DNA of 38,576 nucleotides from a virus. Its lineage: Duplodnaviria; Caudoviricetes. This document shows positions 35,136-38,576 of this stretch, one piece after another. The DNA lies in the IMG/VR virus record IMGVR_UViG_3300031802_000004, positions 1-38,576 of that record, one strand, 5' to 3'. Position 1 is the first letter of the stretch; every line of letters starts with the position of its first letter. The position numbers and the translations under genes are program-made. Under the pieces are notes generated by a model. That model saw only the letters and a program-made list of their open reading frames with translations. It was not told the DNA's origin and did not search any database.

Positions 35136-35882
35136 TTACCTATAGGTTCGTTTGCCTAATTGATATCCTACCGCATAACCAGCAACAGCTGCACCAATAG
35201 TTTTTAAGGCAACGCCGGCAATCTTTTTCATGCCGCTTTTTGTTTCAGGATTATTGGCATCATCTATACCTAAATTCTTATTTCTAGATAATGCATCTAG
35301 ATAAGGCATTAGTTCTGCCAATCTAGCATTTGTTCTGAAGTACATTAACAATCTTGTTACTGCTAAATGTTTTTCAGTTGTAGAAGTTTTATGCCAATTT
35401 TGAACTAATCGTCTGATACTTTTATAATTGCTTGTTTTAATATTTAATTTCTTTTCTAGTGTTAGAAAAAAGCGAGGAATAAATGCACCGTCTGTTTGTA
35501 AAGTGTTATTTGACATTTCTTTAAAGAATTTACGTAACATATGATATGGCATGTTTATGCGAGTTCTTGCAATAGCATTCTTTTCTGGAGTGCCACCTAT
35601 TAATGAATCAGATGTTCCACTATGATCGAATAATATATAAAATGCTAGATAAAGATCTGATCCTGATATTCTATAATGATCAAAAGAATTATAGCGGATA
35701 GTTTTATCTGCATAATCAATTGCGGCAGGAGCAGTATCATATTCAGAATATAGCATGTATAAAAGAAGGGTATTTAAAAAAGCAAAATTAGCAACATCAT
35801 CAATGCCAAGTTTACGTATAATATTTCTATTACGAAACATTCTAGCTTCTGTTATTTCTTTGTTTATAAATGTTAGTTCCAT
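35136..35882 (-). CDS. hypothetical protein
   Basis: 248-aa ORF with its own promoter(s) and hydrophobic C-terminus. Confidence 0.75.
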   Translation of the reverse strand: MELTFINKEITEARMFRNRNIIRKLGIDDVANFAFLNTLLLYMLYSEYDTAPAAIDYADKTIRYNSFDHYRISGSDLYLAFYILFDHSGTSDSLIGGTPEKNAIARTRINMPYHMLRKFFKEMSNNTLQTDGAFIPRFFLTLEKKLNIKTSNYKSIRRLVQNWHKTSTTEKHLAVTRLLMYFRTNARLAELMPYLDALSRNKNLGIDDANNPETKSGMKKIAGVALKTIGAAVAGYAVGYQLGKRTYR

Positions 35883-35892
35883 ATTAATATTT

Positions 35893-35921
35893 ATTATAAT
35901 ATATAATGTTCCTTATGTCAA
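35893..35921 (-). promoter_or_regulatory. consensus sigma70-type promoter overlapping a late-type box
   Basis: TTGACA-17 nt-TATAAT overlapping ATAAATA. Confidence 0.75.
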
Positions 35922-37310
35922 TTAACCAAATTTCTTATCTGGTGCAAAATTAGCAGAAGAAAATGTAAGTCTATCTACTAATTTAAGAGCATTACCTAAA
36001 TGATCAACTGCAACAAATCCTTCTGGTGCAGTTACTTCAACTGTACCGTCTGGGTGCATTAAAAATGCATCCATGCTTTTGATTTGATTTAATTTATTAA
36101 TTAATAGACTTTTAGCGGCAATGGTTCTTAAGTATAAACCATATATTCCTTCAAGTTGAGGTTTATGAGTTTGTACCCATTCAATTGCTGTATTCAAATA
36201 TTCTAACCTCTTTTGACCAGCTGGACCTTCGGGGCCTGTTTTTAATTTTGCAACTGCGGCATCTGTCCGATCTATTAATCTTTCAACAAAATCATCTACA
36301 AAACGTCCTGGATCTTCTTGAAAACTGCCGCCTCGTACATAACTATTCACATGTGCCTTTAATTCTTTTCCTACTTCTTCAATTGGACTGTTATTTAAAA
36401 TATCAAATGTTGCACTTGTTGCTTTATTAGCAAATACTACATTATCATTAATTGCTTTTAATATTGCTTTACTTTCTTGTGCTGTTAATGTTGCCGCTCC
36501 ACTATAATCTTTTATATAAGCATCATCTACCCAAACGTCCGGAGATCTACCTTTTAAGCTACTTACATCAATATTGAAATTAGCCTTCATGTCTGCTAAA
36601 TTGTCTCCCTCATACAATGTATGAAAAATAATACCTATTTTAGCACGTCTTATTTCATTTGCAAGGGCACTATCGTTGGGAACAGCATACATAATTAGTT
36701 GTGGTTTAAATGTCAAATAGTCGATGCCGTCAATTTCATATACATTTAACATGTCGGGTGTAAACAATATATCACCCTGCAATACTTCTTTTATGCCTAG
36801 TTTTCTAAGATGCTTATATGCAGCTCCTAGTTTATTTCTTAAACCTTCTTTACTATCAACTTTACCGTCTTTCATTGCATCCGGATGATTTTTCATGATG
36901 TGCCCAGGCTTCTTATTTAATTTTGGACTTTGTGCAAATACACCCTTTGTGCCAACAAAAAATTTACCATCACTAGGATCTGTTCCAGTAACTATAGCAG
37001 GAGAACCATCCCATTTAACTGTTACTTTTGTTGATTTTTTTGCATGGCCTTTTAACATAGAATGCAATCCGCGCATTATATTAATAGACTTTTGTACACC
37101 ATCATATCCAGCATTTAAAATTTCATCTTCTATATGTTCTATATGAACATTTTTTCCCTCTTTGTCTTCTTTTAATTCCTGATCTATTAAATCTTCTTTA
37201 CCATTTGTGGTTTTATGAAATCCTTTATCATCTGGTTGGGATAGACGAGAAGTTCTGTTATTTCTAGAATAACGTCGAGGATAACCTGAAGTAATATCTT
37301 CTATTCTCAT
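35922..37310 (-). CDS. conserved phage protein (DUF6267-like) with ligase/nucleotidyltransferase-like motifs
   Basis: HIEHIED, TVKWDGSPA, QGDILF, PEGFV, LKLVDR. Confidence 0.7.
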   Translation of the reverse strand: MRIEDITSGYPRRYSRNNRTSRLSQPDDKGFHKTTNGKEDLIDQELKEDKEGKNVHIEHIEDEILNAGYDGVQKSINIMRGLHSMLKGHAKKSTKVTVKWDGSPAIVTGTDPSDGKFFVGTKGVFAQSPKLNKKPGHIMKNHPDAMKDGKVDSKEGLRNKLGAAYKHLRKLGIKEVLQGDILFTPDMLNVYEIDGIDYLTFKPQLIMYAVPNDSALANEIRRAKIGIIFHTLYEGDNLADMKANFNIDVSSLKGRSPDVWVDDAYIKDYSGAATLTAQESKAILKAINDNVVFANKATSATFDILNNSPIEEVGKELKAHVNSYVRGGSFQEDPGRFVDDFVERLIDRTDAAVAKLKTGPEGPAGQKRLEYLNTAIEWVQTHKPQLEGIYGLYLRTIAAKSLLINKLNQIKSMDAFLMHPDGTVEVTAPEGFVAVDHLGNALKLVDRLTFSSANFAPDKKFG

Positions 37311-37792
37311 TATTTGTACGATTCCTTCTTCATACGAGTATGTTTTGTTTTTTCGTATTCTATTTCAGCATCATATTCTCTTTCCGCATGTGTTTTAACA
37401 AGCGGTGATGCTATGTCTGCCGCATACATTCCTGCTAATATAGAACCAATAAGATTTAATGCTGGCCCTATATCCATCCCCAATGTATCAGCAACCGGTT
37501 TACCAGCAAAAAATAGTATACCAACTGCGGCACCTATTAATTTTGGATGCTTTCTAAAAAATCCTGTAAACTTATGGATATCAGTTATTTTGATACCTGT
37601 TTTTTGTAAATCCCTTAATTCCTTCTCATAGGCTTTTTGTGCGGCTATGTCAGTTAGATGATGATCCTTTGCATACTTATTTGCTTTTTTAAAAAGATTC
37701 CTCACAATTTCGGCCTTTCTTTCTAAATCTGCTTCGAATAATGCATGTGAATCAAATACTGGATTTGTGTTAAAGATTTCATTTATTTTCAT
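37310..37792 (-). CDS. hypothetical membrane protein
   Basis: Start reassigned to MKINEIF; two hydrophobic segments. Confidence 0.7.
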   Translation of the reverse strand: MKINEIFNTNPVFDSHALFEADLERKAEIVRNLFKKANKYAKDHHLTDIAAQKAYEKELRDLQKTGIKITDIHKFTGFFRKHPKLIGAAVGILFFAGKPVADTLGMDIGPALNLIGSILAGMYAADIASPLVKTHAEREYDAEIEYEKTKHTRMKKESYK

Positions 37793-38576
37793 TCGCTTTC
37801 CAATTAGTGCCCGCCGTTCCTGCCCCTGTGTAAGTCCCGCCAGACCCGGGTGGCAAGAATGACCCTTTCCTGCGATTTTTTGTTGGTGTTTTCTTTCTCG
37901 GTACCGGGGTCGACTTCGGTAATTCGGGCGACATCTTCGGTGTCGTCTTTGTCGGCTGCTTCCTTGTCTGCGGTGCATATTGACCCGTGCTTAGAGGTAG
38001 AATTTCATACCTACCATATGGATCTTGTTGATTTACATGTATATACGACTTATTATTTGGTTTTCTCGTATCTAACCTATCAGGAAAAAGCCGACGCCGC
38101 TGAGCGGGGGTCAATCGTTGCCGATCAGGCGTACTTTGGGCACTTCTTTCACCCGTACTTCCCGAATAAATATCTCCCGGAGTATACTTACCACGTTCGC
38201 GTTTCGAAATATCCGTTGCCCGTTTCATACTCTGGCCCGCGGAATGCCGCTCACTATTATCTACAAGGTGTTGTACTTCATGCATAAAATCACCCAAGCT
38301 TGGGTTCGGACCAACACCTATTTCGTCAGTCCCTCTAGCCCACGCATCTGTCTCCGGTGGCATATTTATATCATGAGTAACAGTAGCATTGGCTATATGT
38401 GGGTAATTTTTATAAACCTCTGGTGCATGTAGAAAATCACCTAATCGCATACTCCCGCCTCGAGATATTCTATTAATAATTTTATCTTTATGATTTGAAA
38501 TTTCTTGCCGGGGGAGCCTATCGGCGGCCCAAAGAGTACCATGCTTGAGCCAAATATCTTCTCTACTTTCGCCTCG
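37779..38576 (-). CDS. LPD23-like zincin-motif protein, start lies beyond the window
   Basis: Frame is open to the edge (RGESREDIW..RQEIS); LGDFLHAPEVYKNYP, HEVQH, Y..STGE, R..LT..QRR..FP. Confidence 0.7.
   Translation of the reverse strand, partial: RGESREDIWLKHGTLWAADRLPRQEISNHKDKIINRISRGGSMRLGDFLHAPEVYKNYPHIANATVTHDINMPPETDAWARGTDEIGVGPNPSLGDFMHEVQHLVDNSERHSAGQSMKRATDISKRERGKYTPGDIYSGSTGERSAQSTPDRQRLTPAQRRRLFPDRLDTRKPNNKSYIHVNQQDPYGRYEILPLSTGQYAPQTRKQPTKTTPKMSPELPKSTPVPRKKTPTKNRRKGSFLPPGSGGTYTGAGTAGTNWKANENK

Noticed and set aside
37793-37978. Arg-rich N-terminal extension of ORF 37310..37978
   Set aside because: It is an alternate-frame overlap with the LPD23-like gene, and MKINEIF at 37792 fits the shared leader pattern.
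840-38432. Numerous plus-strand ORFs in the track (e.g. 1363..2103, 5106..5510, 24034..24531, 30884..31288, 37850..38287)
   Set aside because: They are antisense shadows of well-supported minus-strand genes and show no recognisable motifs.
1-38576. Bacterial chromosome origin suggested by clpX, infC, pur genes and tRNAs
   Set aside because: Host operon context is absent (no clpP, rpmI-rplT or purD/L neighbours), while PAAR, virion proteins, late promoters and single-strand gene packing indicate a phage.

Overview
This is a 38.6-kb segment of a large, AT-rich, T4-like or jumbo tailed phage genome. Almost all genes lie on the minus strand, driven by sigma70-type and TATAAATA late-type promoters. 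The host is probably an alphaproteobacterium, inferred from an alpha-type permuted two-piece tmRNA. The left ~21 kb is a host-takeover region. It holds clpX, infC (IF3), an Smr-domain nuclease, tmRNA, eight tRNAs, an HNH endonuclease, purC/purF/purN/purM, seven 2OG-Fe(II) oxygenases, MlaC, a thioesterase, a SleB-type hydrolase and a HAD nucleotidase. The right part holds PAAR and virion proteins, class II RNR with a glutaredoxin, an exonuclease, a ligase-like protein and a truncated LPD23-like gene. Four observations stand out. (1) A candidate phage ribosome-rescue and protein-degradation axis (Smr, tmRNA, ClpX, IF3). (2) Two genes, purF and the HNH gene, have stop codons inside the next tRNA, so tRNA maturation would leave non-stop mRNAs. 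(3) A tRNA-Ala/HNH/tRNA-Val/tRNA-Asp cassette appears to have landed inside an older tRNA gene, leaving two chimeric tRNAs whose outer acceptor strands pair with each other. (4) A helically phased AGGC array sits in a late 5' UTR. All protein calls come from motif recognition by eye; no database searches were run.
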